NCBI GenBank assembly: GCA_963790095.1
Contig: CAWBNO010000012.1
Coordinates: 146,997-210,996 of the forward strand
From: an uncultured delta proteobacterium
Lineage (GTDB): Bacteria > Desulfobacterota > Desulfobacteria > Desulfobacterales > UBA11574
Length of the DNA: 64,000 bases
Direction of reading: 5' to 3'
Part shown: positions 29,529 to 40,463 of the stretch, piece by piece
How positions within the stretch are numbered: the first letter of the stretch is position 1
Layout: the number at the start of each line of letters is the position of its first letter
Made by a program: the position numbers and the translations under genes
Notes under the pieces: model-generated
Seen by the model: only the letters and a program-made list of their open reading frames with translations
Database searches by the model: none
Told to the model about the DNA's origin: nothing

Positions 29529-30887
29529 ATGCATCCAAATCTACCCAAAATCATCATCCATCAAACACATAAAATATCTTTCCCTTTTTGTTTGGGAACA
29601 AATGGGGTGAAATTTATTCGGTGGGTTATCCCCGCCCTGTTGTTGTCCGTATTCTGCTTTTTCGGAAACGTTTCAGCGGCTGAAAGCGAAATCTATATCC
29701 TGAAAATGTCGGGTTCCATTAATCCGGCTGTGGCTGATTTCGTGAAAAAGGGAATTGACAAGGCCTCTGGGGACGGCGTTGCATGCCTCATTTTGCAAAT
29801 CGATACCCCCGGTGGCCTTGCCGAGTCCATGCGTGAAATCGTCATGGCAATTTTTGCCAGCAAAGTTCCGGTGATATCGTATGTGGCCCCCAGCGGTGCC
29901 AGGGCTGCTTCGGCCGGCGTCATGATTACCATCGCAGCAGACATTGCTGCAATGGCACCGGGAACCAATATTGGCGCTGCACATCCGGTGGGGGCCGGCG
30001 GTAAGGAAATCGGCGGGACCATGTCCGAAAAAGTGGTCAATGACATGGTCGCCCATGTAAAGAGTATTGCAGAAAAAAGGAAGAAGAATGTTGAGTGGGT
30101 GGAAAAGGCCGTCCGGAAAAGCATTTCCGTGACCGAATCCGAAGCCCTCAAGGAGAATGTCATCGATATCGTGGCAAAAGATATGGACGATCTAATCCGT
30201 CAGATCAACGGCCGAAAGATCGAAGACAAAGGGGTATTGAAACTCGACAAGGTTAAAAAGACGGTCCTTGAAGAGACACTAAGAACCAAGATTTTAAAGA
30301 CCATCAGCGATCCAAATGTCGCGTATATCCTTATGATGATCGGTCTTGCCGGTCTCTATTTCGAACTGTCACATCCCGGTGCTGTTCTCCCGGGAGTGAT
30401 CGGCGGCATCGCGATTATTTTGGCATTTTTCGCATTTCAGACCATACCGGTCAACTATGCCGGATTTCTCCTGATCCTTCTGGCGATTATTTTTTTCATC
30501 ATGGAGATGAAGATCGCAAGTTACGGACTTTTGAGTGTTGCCGGCATTGCCGCCCTTTTGCTGGGTTCCCTGATGTTATTTGAAAGCGATGGTTCGGATA
30601 TGGGCTTGTCTTGGAAGGTTCTCATTCCCACGCTGGGTTTAATTTCCGGTTTTTTTGTGGTTGTTTCAGGGCTGGTTTTCAAGTCCCACCTGACAAAGCC
30701 CCGGACAGGTGCAGTGGGCCTCGTGGGAGAAATCGGGACGGTAAAAGCGGCGATTATGCCTGAAGGAAAGGTGTTCGTTCACGGCGAGCTGTGGAAAGCG
30801 ACTTCAAAAGATCCCATCGAAACCGGTGTCCGTGTTCGAGTTCTAAGGGTTGTCGACCTTGTATTGGAAGTGGAACCGGTGGAATAA
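29529..30887 (+). CDS. NfeD-family membrane-bound serine protease (ClpP-like domain plus C-terminal OB fold)
   Basis: ClpP-class domain (IDTPGGL...SGARAASAG), TM block and OB tail. Pairs with the downstream SPFH gene. The true start may be an internal GTG. Confidence 0.8.
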   Translation: MHPNLPKIIIHQTHKISFPFCLGTNGVKFIRWVIPALLLSVFCFFGNVSAAESEIYILKMSGSINPAVADFVKKGIDKASGDGVACLILQIDTPGGLAESMREIVMAIFASKVPVISYVAPSGARAASAGVMITIAADIAAMAPGTNIGAAHPVGAGGKEIGGTMSEKVVNDMVAHVKSIAEKRKKNVEWVEKAVRKSISVTESEALKENVIDIVAKDMDDLIRQINGRKIEDKGVLKLDKVKKTVLEETLRTKILKTISDPNVAYILMMIGLAGLYFELSHPGAVLPGVIGGIAIILAFFAFQTIPVNYAGFLLILLAIIFFIMEMKIASYGLLSVAGIAALLLGSLMLFESDGSDMGLSWKVLIPTLGLISGFFVVVSGLVFKSHLTKPRTGAVGLVGEIGTVKAAIMPEGKVFVHGELWKATSKDPIETGVRVRVLRVVDLVLEVEPVE

Positions 30888-30935
30888 ATCCTAACACTGG
30901 GCCCCAAATTAACACAAATAAAATGGGAGAATAAA

Positions 30936-31703
30936 ATGTATACGCTAATAACAGTACTGGTGGTGACGATCTTTTTTCTGTCCGCAGCCATACGAATCCT
31001 CAACGAGTATGAACGGGGCGTTATTTTCAGACTGGGCCGGGTGATACAGGCAAAAGGGCCGGGACTGATCATACTGATTCCGGTGGTGGACAAAATGATA
31101 AAAGTCAGTATGCGTCTTGTGGCCGTGGACATAGACCCCCAGGACGTCATCAGCAGGGACAATGTCTCTGTAAAGGTGAATGCTGTCATTTATTTTAGGG
31201 TCATCGATCCCATAAAGGCCATCGTGGAAGTTGAGGACTACAGTTATGCCATGTCCCAACTTGCCCAGACGACCTTAAGGAGTGTCTGCGGTCAGGCAGA
31301 ACTCGATGAGCTGCTGTCTGCAAGGGATAAAATCAATTCCCAGCTTCAGGAAATTCTCGATTTGCATACGGATCCGTGGGGGATTAAGGTCGCGACGGTG
31401 GAGCTTAAGCATATTGACTTGCCCCAGGAGATGCAGCGTTCCATGGCCAAGCAGGCCGAGGCGGAGAGAGAACGGCGGGCCAAGATAATAAACGCTGACG
31501 GTGAGTTCCAGGCGGCAACCAAGCTGGCGGAAGCGGCAGAGATTATTCGCGAGCACCCCATGGCATTACAGCTAAGATATCTCCAGACCATGCGCGAGAT
31601 GTCCGCCGAGCAGAATACCACCACCATTTTTCCGTTCCCCATCGATCTTTTCCAACCGTTTATAAAAGCTGTGGAGAGGGGAAAAAAGGAAGGAGACAAA
31701 TAA
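30936..31703 (+). CDS. SPFH/band-7 (stomatin-like) protein
   Basis: 255 aa with [12 protein letters not shown] and [13 protein letters not shown]. Confidence 0.85.
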   Translation: MYTLITVLVVTIFFLSAAIRILNEYERGVIFRLGRVIQAKGPGLIILIPVVDKMIKVSMRLVAVDIDPQDVISRDNVSVKVNAVIYFRVIDPIKAIVEVEDYSYAMSQLAQTTLRSVCGQAELDELLSARDKINSQLQEILDLHTDPWGIKVATVELKHIDLPQEMQRSMAKQAEAERERRAKIINADGEFQAATKLAEAAEIIREHPMALQLRYLQTMREMSAEQNTTTIFPFPIDLFQPFIKAVERGKKEGDK

Positions 31704-31767
31704 CTGCCATCTATGTGTTGACATCATTGAAAAAAATTGTTTAATTAAATTCTTTTTATACAATATC

Positions 31768-31795
31768 TTGAAAATTTTAGAAAATGCACTAGAAT
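31768..31795 (+). promoter_or_regulatory. candidate sigma70-type promoter for the 31898 gene
   Basis: TTGAAA (31768-31773), 16-nt spacer, TAGAAT (31790-31795). Pattern match only. Confidence 0.3.
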
Positions 31796-31897
31796 TCTAT
31801 CTTAAAACAGGTTCAACAACACACAAATTGCCGATCAGCGGGGGTCCTGAAGCCTCCGCTTGTGCTTTTTAAAGTTAAAAAAGGAGACTTTCAGCGA

Positions 31898-32224
31898 ATG
31901 AGCGTTAAGAAAAAACAAGACAAAGAAAAACCACTCGAAAAAATGACGGCCAAAGAATTGCGGGAGGTCGGAAAGCAAATTCCCGAAATTACAGGAGTTT
32001 TTGGCATGAACAAGCCGGAGCTCATCAGTGCCATAAAAAAGGCCAGGGGGATTGAAGATGACACCAAGAAAGGGTCGTCTTCCTCTGTCCGGGAAATCAA
32101 GAAAAAGATTAAGGACATCAGGGTTAAACGCATGGCTGCCCTGGAGAGCGACGATAATAAAATGGCTGAAATTTTAAAACGCCGCATTACACGGCTTAAG
32201 AAAAAAACACGCAAACCAGCCTAA
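31898..32224 (+). CDS. small basic protein with a Rho-N/SAP-like helix-hairpin motif
   Basis: AAGGAG SD at 31881-31886. MTAKELREVGKQIPEITGVFGMNKPELISAIKKARG followed by a Lys/Arg-rich tail. Confidence 0.55.
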   Translation: MSVKKKQDKEKPLEKMTAKELREVGKQIPEITGVFGMNKPELISAIKKARGIEDDTKKGSSSSVREIKKKIKDIRVKRMAALESDDNKMAEILKRRITRLKKKTRKPA

Positions 32225-32286
32225 GCGGCGGTCGGTAACCGGCGAGAAACGGTGACAAAAGCCAAGGAAGGACAACCCATAAAATT

Positions 32287-32856
32287 ATGATCGATCCGTC
32301 GTCATTGGCATTTGATATTGATGGTGTTTTTGCAGATACCATGACGTTGTTCCTGGATATAGCACGGGAAGAATATAACATAGACCGTGTCAAATACGAA
32401 GATATTACCTCTTATACTCTGGAAGAATGTATCGATATGGAGCCGGCGCTTATCGGCGCTATTATCGGAAAGATAATGGATGGAAGTCATAAAGCCCCAT
32501 TAAAACCCATAGCGGGCGCCGCCGACGTCTTAACCCGGTTGGGCCGGCTTTACAGGCCGATTCTGTTTGTTACTGCCCGGACGTACGCGGCTCCCATCTA
32601 TGACTGGATACAGAGTGTACTGCCTTTCGATCCGAGTTCCATAGAAGTTGTTGCCACCGGTTCGTTTGAAGCCAAGGCAGATGTCCTTTTAAACAAAGAT
32701 ATCGCTTATTTTGTGGAAGACAGACTTGAAACCTGTTTTCCCCTTCAGGCGGCGGGGGTAACACCCGTTCTTTTCAAGCAGCCCTGGAACAGAAAGCGTC
32801 ATCCCTTCATGGAAGTCGGCACTTGGGAAGAACTCGAATCGCTGATTGAATTTTGA
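32287..32856 (+). CDS. HAD-superfamily phosphatase (5'-nucleotidase-like)
   Basis: FDIDGVFADT motif I. Confidence 0.6.
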   Translation: MIDPSSLAFDIDGVFADTMTLFLDIAREEYNIDRVKYEDITSYTLEECIDMEPALIGAIIGKIMDGSHKAPLKPIAGAADVLTRLGRLYRPILFVTARTYAAPIYDWIQSVLPFDPSSIEVVATGSFEAKADVLLNKDIAYFVEDRLETCFPLQAAGVTPVLFKQPWNRKRHPFMEVGTWEELESLIEF

Positions 32857-33791
32857 TGATTTCATCTTCTTTGAAAAATCAAATCCGCGCCTTTATCGAT
32901 GCCCTTTCCGCTGAAAAGGGGTATTCAGCAAATACTTGTCGCGCGTACTCGCACGACCTTAATGAGTTTGCATCTTTTATTTGTGAAAATCGCTTTTCAA
33001 AAAAGAAGGATTCAAAGGACGCCGATACCTTCAGGGCCCATCAGGTCGACAGCCTGATGATAAGAGAGTATCTGGGATTTTTACACAAGAAGAATAAAAA
33101 GGTTACCCTGGCCAGAAAGCTCTCGGCGTTACGTTCGTTTTTCAGATATCTTGTCAAGCATGGGGTTATACAGGATAGTCCTCTGGACCTGATTTTGACG
33201 CCGAAACAGAAAAAAACGATTCCAGTGTACCTTCCTGTGGACGATATTTTCAGGCTGCTCGATTCAATCAAGACCGATACACTGGGGGGCACCCGGAACC
33301 TTGCCATTTTCGAAACACTCTACTCCACCGGGATACGCATTTCCGAACTGACCGGCCTGAATGTCTATGATGTGGATTTCGAACAGTGTTTAATCCGTGT
33401 GCTCGGAAAAGGTGACCAAGAGCGAATCGTGCCTGTGGGAAAGAAGGCGGTAACGGCTATCCAGGATTATAGAAAGCGATTACACCAGAAAAAGGGCATC
33501 GGGACTGAAGAAAATTCGCCCCTATTTTTAAACAAGAACAACGGGCGTCTCACCACCCGATCCATCGCCCGCATTCTTGATCACATATCGAAAGAATGCG
33601 GCCTGTTGATTCCGGTTTCGCCCCATGCCCTGCGTCATACGTTTGCCACCCATATGCTCGATGCCGGGGCGGATTTGAGAGTGGTTCAGGAGCTTTTGGG
33701 TCACAAAAGCCTTTCCACCACACAAAAATATACACACGTGAGTATCGACAGGTTGATGGAGACATATGACAAGGCCCATCCAAGACGATAA
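32853..33791 (+). CDS. xerC: tyrosine recombinase XerC
   Basis: HALRHTFATHMLDAGADLRVVQELLGHKSLSTTQKYTHV. xerC-hslVU synteny. Confidence 0.85.
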   Translation: MMISSSLKNQIRAFIDALSAEKGYSANTCRAYSHDLNEFASFICENRFSKKKDSKDADTFRAHQVDSLMIREYLGFLHKKNKKVTLARKLSALRSFFRYLVKHGVIQDSPLDLILTPKQKKTIPVYLPVDDIFRLLDSIKTDTLGGTRNLAIFETLYSTGIRISELTGLNVYDVDFEQCLIRVLGKGDQERIVPVGKKAVTAIQDYRKRLHQKKGIGTEENSPLFLNKNNGRLTTRSIARILDHISKECGLLIPVSPHALRHTFATHMLDAGADLRVVQELLGHKSLSTTQKYTHVSIDRLMETYDKAHPRR

Positions 33792-33966
33792 ACAAAGACC
33801 TAAATCGAGGGTTTCAAATTACGTCAGTGTATTATAAATATAATATCCTAACAACGGCTGCATGCCCCATGCCCCCGAAAAAGGATTTCGGGATTTCGCT
33901 GCGCTCAACCTGCTTATATTCGGCAAATTCAACAATCGCTCAACTTAGGAAGGACAATAGAAAACG

Positions 33967-34497
33967 ATGAAATTCCATGGTACAACAATTCTTGCCGTGA
34001 GACACAAGGGCAACGTCGTCGTGGCCGGTGACGGTCAGGTAACATTGAATAATATCATCATAAAGCATACCGCTAAAAAAGTCAGGAGAATTTACAACGA
34101 CAAGATCATCGTCGGATTTGCCGGTGCCACGGCCGACGCTATGAACCTATCGGAACGCCTGGAGAAGAAACTCGAGCGTTACAATGGCAATCTGACACGC
34201 AGTGCCGTTGAACTGGCCCGGGACTGGCGTACCGACAAGTATTTGAGACGTCTGGAAGCCATCATGATTGCCGTGGATGAAAAAAACATTTTTGTTATCT
34301 CGGGAAACGGGGATGTGATCGAACCTGACGGGGGTGTCATGGGCATCGGATCCGGAGGCGCCAGCGCCCAGGCTGCGGCAACAGCCCTGATAGAACATGC
34401 CGATATGGATGCCGCGGACATTGTGAGAGAAGCAATGAAAATCGCCGGATCCCTATGCGTATTCACCAATGATGCCGTCACCATTGAAGAATTATAA
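33967..34497 (+). CDS. hslV: ATP-dependent protease subunit HslV
   Basis: GTTILAVRHKGNVVVAGDGQVT. Confidence 0.95.
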   Translation: MKFHGTTILAVRHKGNVVVAGDGQVTLNNIIIKHTAKKVRRIYNDKIIVGFAGATADAMNLSERLEKKLERYNGNLTRSAVELARDWRTDKYLRRLEAIMIAVDEKNIFVISGNGDVIEPDGGVMGIGSGGASAQAAATALIEHADMDAADIVREAMKIAGSLCVFTNDAVTIEEL

Positions 34498-34577
34498 CCC
34501 GAATCTTGGAGGTGACAGCTCCGGTTCGCTCAAAACTCAGGTGAAAACACTCACCGACAAACAAAGATAAATAAAAA

Positions 34578-35951
34578 ATGAACAGTCTAAAACCAATCGA
34601 AATTGTTAAAGAACTTGATAAATATATTATCGGGCAGCACAAAGCAAAGCGATCTGTTGCCATTGCCTTAAGAAACCGGTGGCGCAGACAGCAGGTTGAA
34701 GCAGAACTCCGTGATGAGATCGCACCCAAAAATATCATCCTCATCGGTCCCACGGGGGTGGGAAAAACCGAGATTGCCAGAAGACTTTCGAATCTTACGG
34801 ATTCGCCGTTCAACAAGGTGGAGGCCTCCAAGTTTACCGAGGTCGGTTACGTGGGGCGGGACGTTGAATCTATGGTAAGGGATTTACTCGAGTTGACGGT
34901 AAATATGCTCAAATCCCGGGAGCAGGAGGTCGTCAAGGAAAAAGCGGGGCAAATCGCCGAAGAGAGAATGCTCGACCTTCTTCTACCAAAATCCGGAACG
35001 CAAACGGATCGGAGTGCCGGAGATGAAAAAGGGGTACCACCTGAACGGTTGACACACACCGGCGACACATCTTCTTCCACACGGGAGAAACTTCGAAAAT
35101 TGCTCCGTGACGGGAAGCTCGATAGCCGGTATGTCGACCTTGACGTTTCAGAGCGGAGCATGCCGGTGGTGGAAATTTTTTCAAACGTCGGTATGGAAGA
35201 GATGGGCTTTAACTTCAAAGACATGATGGGGAGTCTTTTGCCCAAAAATACCAAACGGCGGAAAGTAAAAGTCGATGAAGCCCTGGAAATGCTGGCTGCC
35301 GAAGAAGCTCAGAACCTCGTGGATATGGACAAAGTGGTAAAAGAAGCCATTATAAAAGTCGAAGAGTCCGGGATCATATTTCTCGACGAGATCGACAAGA
35401 TTGCCGGTAAAAATGGCACCCAAGGCCCTGACGTGTCCAGAGAGGGCGTTCAGAGAGATCTCCTTCCCATCGTTGAAGGGAGTACGGTTACGACAAAATA
35501 CGGTCCGTTGAAGACGGACAATATTCTTTTTATTGCCGCCGGTGCTTTTCACACCATCAAACCCTCGGATTTGATTCCGGAACTGCAAGGCCGCTTCCCC
35601 ATTCGAGTTGAACTGGATGCACTCGGCCGGAAAGAGTTTGTAAGAATACTGACCGAACCGAAAAATGCGCTTCTTCTTCAATATATGGCATTGTTGAGGA
35701 CCGAAGGTGTTGATGTGGTTTTCGAGGACGAAGCTGTCGAAGAAATCGCCATGATTGCTGAAGAGGTCAACAACCTCACCGAAAACATCGGGGCGAGACG
35801 GCTCCATACGATTATGGAGTATCTGCTGGAGGACATCCTCTTCGATGCGCCGGACATGACGGAAACGCGCGTCGTTGTCGACAAAAAATATGTGGAAGAC
35901 AAATTGAAGGATATCAAAGAAGACGAGGATTTAAGTCGGTATATCTTGTAA
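34578..35951 (+). CDS. hslU: ATP-dependent protease ATPase subunit HslU
   Basis: [15 protein letters not shown] and [14 protein letters not shown] Walker A. Confidence 0.95.
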   Translation: MNSLKPIEIVKELDKYIIGQHKAKRSVAIALRNRWRRQQVEAELRDEIAPKNIILIGPTGVGKTEIARRLSNLTDSPFNKVEASKFTEVGYVGRDVESMVRDLLELTVNMLKSREQEVVKEKAGQIAEERMLDLLLPKSGTQTDRSAGDEKGVPPERLTHTGDTSSSTREKLRKLLRDGKLDSRYVDLDVSERSMPVVEIFSNVGMEEMGFNFKDMMGSLLPKNTKRRKVKVDEALEMLAAEEAQNLVDMDKVVKEAIIKVEESGIIFLDEIDKIAGKNGTQGPDVSREGVQRDLLPIVEGSTVTTKYGPLKTDNILFIAAGAFHTIKPSDLIPELQGRFPIRVELDALGRKEFVRILTEPKNALLLQYMALLRTEGVDVVFEDEAVEEIAMIAEEVNNLTENIGARRLHTIMEYLLEDILFDAPDMTETRVVVDKKYVEDKLKDIKEDEDLSRYIL

Positions 35952-36040
35952 CTTATGTGTTGCACCCTTTAAAAACCGGATCGTTCAATGGGATCGGGGT
36001 GGATTTTTCAGTCAATCAGATCAAAATTTAAGGTGTTAGA

Positions 36041-37222
36041 ATGAAAGAAAATATCATGACTCGGGCAGATGAGGTTATCGCCAAAACCTACAAAAGATTT
36101 CCAATCGTAATCACCCAGGGCAAAGGGTGCCATCTCTGGGATGCCACCGGGAAACAATACACGGATTTTGTTTCCGGAATTGCGGTGTGCAACCTGGGCC
36201 ATTCACATCCGAGAGTTTCCAAGGCCCTTGCAAAGCAGGCGGATACCCTGTTGCATGTGTCCAACCTTTACTATACGGAGCCCCAGGTACATCTGGCATC
36301 ATGGCTGACAGAAAACAGTTTTGCCGACCGGGTTTTTTTCTGTAACAGCGGGGCTGAAGCCAATGAGGCGGCCATTAAACTTGCCCGGAAGTATTTCAAA
36401 GAAAAGGGTGAAAAGGACCGCTACAGGATCATCTCCATGGAACAGTCCTTTCATGGGCGGACCATGGCAACCCTCTCTGCAACCGGTCAGGATAAGATAA
36501 AAAAAGGATTCGAACCGGTTCTTGAGGGATTCGACCATGTACCGTTCAATGACATGGATGCCTTGCACGACAAAATCGGCCCGCAGACGTGCGCTGTTTT
36601 GATCGAGCCGATCCAGGGTGAAGGCGGGGTGCGCTGCCCCGATGACGGGTATCTCGAGGCTGTCAGGCGGGTCTGCGACAAAACCGGGATGCTTTTAATT
36701 TTTGATGAAATACAGACCGGAATGGGACGCACCGGCAAGCTTTTCGCCTATGAACATTTCGGGATTGAGCCGGATATCATGACATTGGCCAAGGCCCTTG
36801 CCAATGGATTGCCCATCGGCGCCATGCTTGCCAAAGAAGCCGTGGCCGATGCATTCGGACCCGGTGCCCATGCGTCTACATTCGGCGGCACGCCCATTGT
36901 CACCACAGCTTCACTGGAAGTGGTTAAAGTACTTTCAGAAGAAAATATCATCGCCCATTGCTCGAACATCGGCGTCTATTTTAAAGAACGGCTTTTATGG
37001 CTGAAAAACAGGCATGAATCGATTGTGGATGTTCGTGGCAAGGGCCTGCTTGTGGGGATGAAGCTCGAAATAGAAGGGGGGCCCATTGTCGATGCATGTC
37101 TGGAGAAAGGGTTCCTGATAAACTGTATTCAAGAGAATATCTTGCGCTTTATTCCGCCGCTTATTATTGAAAAGAACCATATAGACGCCCTCGTGGCATG
37201 CCTGGATGAGATTTTGGAATGA
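36041..37222 (+). CDS. argD: acetylornithine aminotransferase
   Basis: Class III PLP aminotransferase (FCNSGAEANEAAIKLAR, DEIQTGMGRTG). Confidence 0.9.
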   Translation: MKENIMTRADEVIAKTYKRFPIVITQGKGCHLWDATGKQYTDFVSGIAVCNLGHSHPRVSKALAKQADTLLHVSNLYYTEPQVHLASWLTENSFADRVFFCNSGAEANEAAIKLARKYFKEKGEKDRYRIISMEQSFHGRTMATLSATGQDKIKKGFEPVLEGFDHVPFNDMDALHDKIGPQTCAVLIEPIQGEGGVRCPDDGYLEAVRRVCDKTGMLLIFDEIQTGMGRTGKLFAYEHFGIEPDIMTLAKALANGLPIGAMLAKEAVADAFGPGAHASTFGGTPIVTTASLEVVKVLSEENIIAHCSNIGVYFKERLLWLKNRHESIVDVRGKGLLVGMKLEIEGGPIVDACLEKGFLINCIQENILRFIPPLIIEKNHIDALVACLDEILE

Positions 37223-37491
37223 ACCCTGATTGAGCGAAAGTTTAGGATGTCCCAGATCCAAGGCATCAAGGACGAAGCCCCGCAGACAAAGCGGGATCGT
37301 CTACTGCGAGTCCTTGATACCCCTCTATTTGCGGAACAAGCTCCGGAGATGGGGTATCCTAAGCTTTCCCGAAGGGTAAACAAAATGGGATTGTATTAAA
37401 AATAAATATTTCATCGTTAGAAGCATTATGAAAATACGTTTGTATCTACAAAATATATAAAAAATCTCTGTGTATCGTAAAAGAGGTGCCT

Positions 37492-38883
37492 ATGTCCGAA
37501 AAACTCTGGACCGGGAGATTCACTGAAAAAACAGATAGACTTGTTGAAGAATTTACGTCTTCCATCGATATCGATAAACGTCTTTATTCTTATGATATTG
37601 AAGGGAGCATCGCCCACTGCCGTATGCTTGCAAAGGTGTCTATTATTTCCGAAGAGGACGCCGCAACGTTGATCGAAGGGTTGGTCCTGATAAAAAGGGA
37701 GATCCACCGGGGAGAGTTCCAGTTTGACAACAGCCTGGAGGATATCCACATGCATATTGAGACCCGGCTCATGGAAAAAATCGGGAAAATCGCCCAGAAG
37801 CTCCATACCGCAAGGAGTCGAAACGATCAGGTGGCTCTGGATGTGAGGATGTATCTGAGGGATGAGACTTCAGATACCGTAAACCGACTGCTGATGCTCC
37901 AAAAGGTTTTGGTTGACCTTGCCAAAACCTACCTCCACGTGGTCCTGCCCGGCTACACGCACTTGCAGCGGGCCCAGCCGGTTCTTTTATCCCATTATTT
38001 GATGGCGTATTATGAAATGTTCTCAAGGGATGTCGAAAGGTTCGATGACTGCTTAAAACGGATCAACGTGATGCCCCTGGGGAGTGCAGCCCTTGCCGGG
38101 ACCACCTATCCCATAGACCGGGCCTATACGGCGAGCCTTCTCAATTTTCCAAAAATATCGGCCAACAGTATCGATGCCGTGTCAGATAGAGATTTTATCA
38201 TTGAATTTATATCGGCGGCGAGCATCTGTATGGTTCATTTAAGTCGAATGTCGGAAGAGCTTATTTTATGGTCTTCATCGGAGTTCGGTTTCATTGAACT
38301 TCCGGATTCCTTTGCCACCGGCAGCAGCATCATGCCCCAGAAGAAGAATCCCGATGTGCCGGAACTGGTTAGGGGAAGAACCGGACGTGTTTTTGGAGAT
38401 CTGGTTTCCCTGTTGACGATTATGAAATCCTTGCCCTTGTCGTATAACCGGGACATGCAGGAAGATAAACCCGTTTTGTTCGGAACCGTGGATATTTTAA
38501 AGCAATGTATCGAGATTTATATAAAAATGCTTCCGAAATTGAAGATCAACACGGAAGCAATGAACACGGCGGCGACCCGGGGATTTTTGAATGCAACAGA
38601 TATGGCGGATTATCTCGTAAGCACCGGTATCCCCTTTCGCCAGGCCCATGGCTGTGTCGGTGAGGCGGTTGCCTATGCCTCGAATAAAAAAAAGGAACTT
38701 CATGAACTGACCCTTGAAGAATTGCAATCCTTCTCCTCCCATATTGAAGAAGACATATTCAAAATATTAACCTTGGATCAGATGATAAACCGAAGAAGAT
38801 CCCAGGGAGGCACGGCGTTAGAAAATGTAAGGGCTGCCATAAAGGCGGCGGAAGAGGAACTTGATTCAAAAATTAAAAGATGA
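37492..38883 (+). CDS. argH: argininosuccinate lyase
   Basis: [10 protein letters not shown] and [12 protein letters not shown] signature. AAGAGG SD. Confidence 0.95.
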   Translation: MSEKLWTGRFTEKTDRLVEEFTSSIDIDKRLYSYDIEGSIAHCRMLAKVSIISEEDAATLIEGLVLIKREIHRGEFQFDNSLEDIHMHIETRLMEKIGKIAQKLHTARSRNDQVALDVRMYLRDETSDTVNRLLMLQKVLVDLAKTYLHVVLPGYTHLQRAQPVLLSHYLMAYYEMFSRDVERFDDCLKRINVMPLGSAALAGTTYPIDRAYTASLLNFPKISANSIDAVSDRDFIIEFISAASICMVHLSRMSEELILWSSSEFGFIELPDSFATGSSIMPQKKNPDVPELVRGRTGRVFGDLVSLLTIMKSLPLSYNRDMQEDKPVLFGTVDILKQCIEIYIKMLPKLKINTEAMNTAATRGFLNATDMADYLVSTGIPFRQAHGCVGEAVAYASNKKKELHELTLEELQSFSSHIEEDIFKILTLDQMINRRRSQGGTALENVRAAIKAAEEELDSKIKR

Positions 38884-38905
38884 TGGTTTCTATGGAGTTG
38901 TTTGA

Positions 38906-39103
38906 GTGATGATGACCAAAATGTTTAAAAAAAGTCTGGTGTTAATCTGTTCTGTTGTTGTTCCGCTGGCACTTTTTCTTTCGGGGTGCGGCAAGAAGGG
39001 GCCGCCCAGACCGCCTGTAAAAGAAACTGTGGATCAAACTATCAAAGGGGATAGTTCCGTGAAAAGTAAAAAGTTAAACGTGAAAAGCCTATATGTTGTG
39101 TAA
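38906..39103 (+). CDS. small lipoprotein, LptM/YifL-like
   Basis: Lipobox LSGCGKKGPPRPP. It sits immediately upstream of lysA-dapF, as yifL does in enterobacteria. Confidence 0.5.
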   Translation: MMMTKMFKKSLVLICSVVVPLALFLSGCGKKGPPRPPVKETVDQTIKGDSSVKSKKLNVKSLYVV

Positions 39104-39195
39104 TATTGCCTCTTAATGTGTTAACTATAATAGTTTTACATTTCACCTTTCACTTTTTACGAGTTTGTCAATGTTAATGAACAAAAAGGGGTTTT

Positions 39196-40458
39196 ATGCA
39201 TCATTTTAATTATCGCGAAAACGAGTTGTATTGCGAAGATGTTCCAATCCGGACCATTGCCGAAGACGTCGGGACGCCGTTCTATTTGTACAGCCATGCG
39301 ACGTTAAAGCGCCATTTTTTAATTTTTAATGAAGCCTTTGACGGTGTGGATAGACTTGTTTGCTATTCAGCCAAGGCCAACACCAACCAGGCGGTTTTGA
39401 AGCTGTTTGAAAGCCTTGGCAGCGGACTCGATATTGTTTCCGGCGGCGAACTGTATCGCGGATTAAAAGCCGGTTTTTCTTCAGACAGAATCGTCTATTC
39501 CGGTGTTGGAAAACGTATGGATGAGATAGACTATGCCCTTGAAGCGGGGATCCTGATGTTCAATGTAGAATCCCTTGAAGAGCTCCATCTCATCAATGAA
39601 AGAGCGGGCCTCTTAGACCTAAAAGCACCGGTGGCCATTCGAGTGAACCCCGACGTCGATCCCAAAACCCATCCGTATATTTCCACCGGACTGGAAAAAA
39701 ACAAGTTCGGTATCGATAGGGAGACCGCCATTGAAGGGTATAAGGTTGCAAGCAGACTCGACCATATCGATGTGGTGGGTATCGACTGCCACATCGGGTC
39801 GCAGATAACAGAAGCAAAACCTTTTATTGAAGCACTGGAAAGCATAAAGCGTTTGATCGAAGAACTGCGCGGAATAGGAATCGAAATCAAATATCTGGAT
39901 ATGGGGGGCGGTCTCGGAATAACCTATGACGATGAATCGCCGCCCCATCCCCGTGAATATGCCCGTGCCATCGTCGAATCCCTTATAGGTACCCATCTAA
40001 AACTCATTTTAGAACCCGGTAGGGTTATCGTCGGAAATGCCGGAATACTGGTGACCCAGGTTCTTTTCAGGAAATCGGGTCGAGTCAAAGAGTTTGTGGT
40101 GGCCGATGCCGGAATGAACGATCTGATGCGCCCCACATTGTACAAGGCTTTTCACGCCATAGAACCGGTGGTGCGCGCTGAAGACGACGATCCCATTACG
40201 GCGGATGTGGTGGGTCCCATTTGCGAGAGCGGGGATTTTCTGGCCCAAGACCGCAAGATCCAAAACGTAAAAAAAGGCGATCTTCTTGCGGTGATGAGTG
40301 CAGGGGCCTATGGCTTTACAATGAGTTCCAATTACTGCTCCAGGCCCAGGGTAGCCGAAGTCATGGTAAAGGATGACAGTTATCATGTGGTTCGGAATCG
40401 CGAGAGTTACCAGGATCTGGTGGTCTGCGAATCGATACCGCCATTTTTAGGTGATTGA
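39196..40458 (+). CDS. lysA: diaminopimelate decarboxylase
   Basis: 420 aa with the Orn/DAP/Arg decarboxylase fold (YSAKAN, GGGLGI, CESGD). Confidence 0.9.
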   Translation: MHHFNYRENELYCEDVPIRTIAEDVGTPFYLYSHATLKRHFLIFNEAFDGVDRLVCYSAKANTNQAVLKLFESLGSGLDIVSGGELYRGLKAGFSSDRIVYSGVGKRMDEIDYALEAGILMFNVESLEELHLINERAGLLDLKAPVAIRVNPDVDPKTHPYISTGLEKNKFGIDRETAIEGYKVASRLDHIDVVGIDCHIGSQITEAKPFIEALESIKRLIEELRGIGIEIKYLDMGGGLGITYDDESPPHPREYARAIVESLIGTHLKLILEPGRVIVGNAGILVTQVLFRKSGRVKEFVVADAGMNDLMRPTLYKAFHAIEPVVRAEDDDPITADVVGPICESGDFLAQDRKIQNVKKGDLLAVMSAGAYGFTMSSNYCSRPRVAEVMVKDDSYHVVRNRESYQDLVVCESIPPFLGD

Positions 40459-40463
40459 AGGTT

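Noticed and set aside
33826-33852. dif-like site just downstream of xerC (GTGTATTATAAATATAATATCC)
   Set aside because: It is palindromic and AT-rich but lacks the XerC/XerD arm sequences of proteobacterial dif. It is more likely hslVU promoter DNA (it contains TATAAT).
35181-35807. 208-aa minus-strand ORF
   Set aside because: Antisense to hslU.
37247-37399. 50-aa ORF between argD and argH with a Fis-like C-terminus (…GYPKLSRRVNKMGLY)
   Set aside because: Weak SD and only a vague HTH resemblance. It could be a remnant of a regulator C-terminus and is not supportable as a gene.
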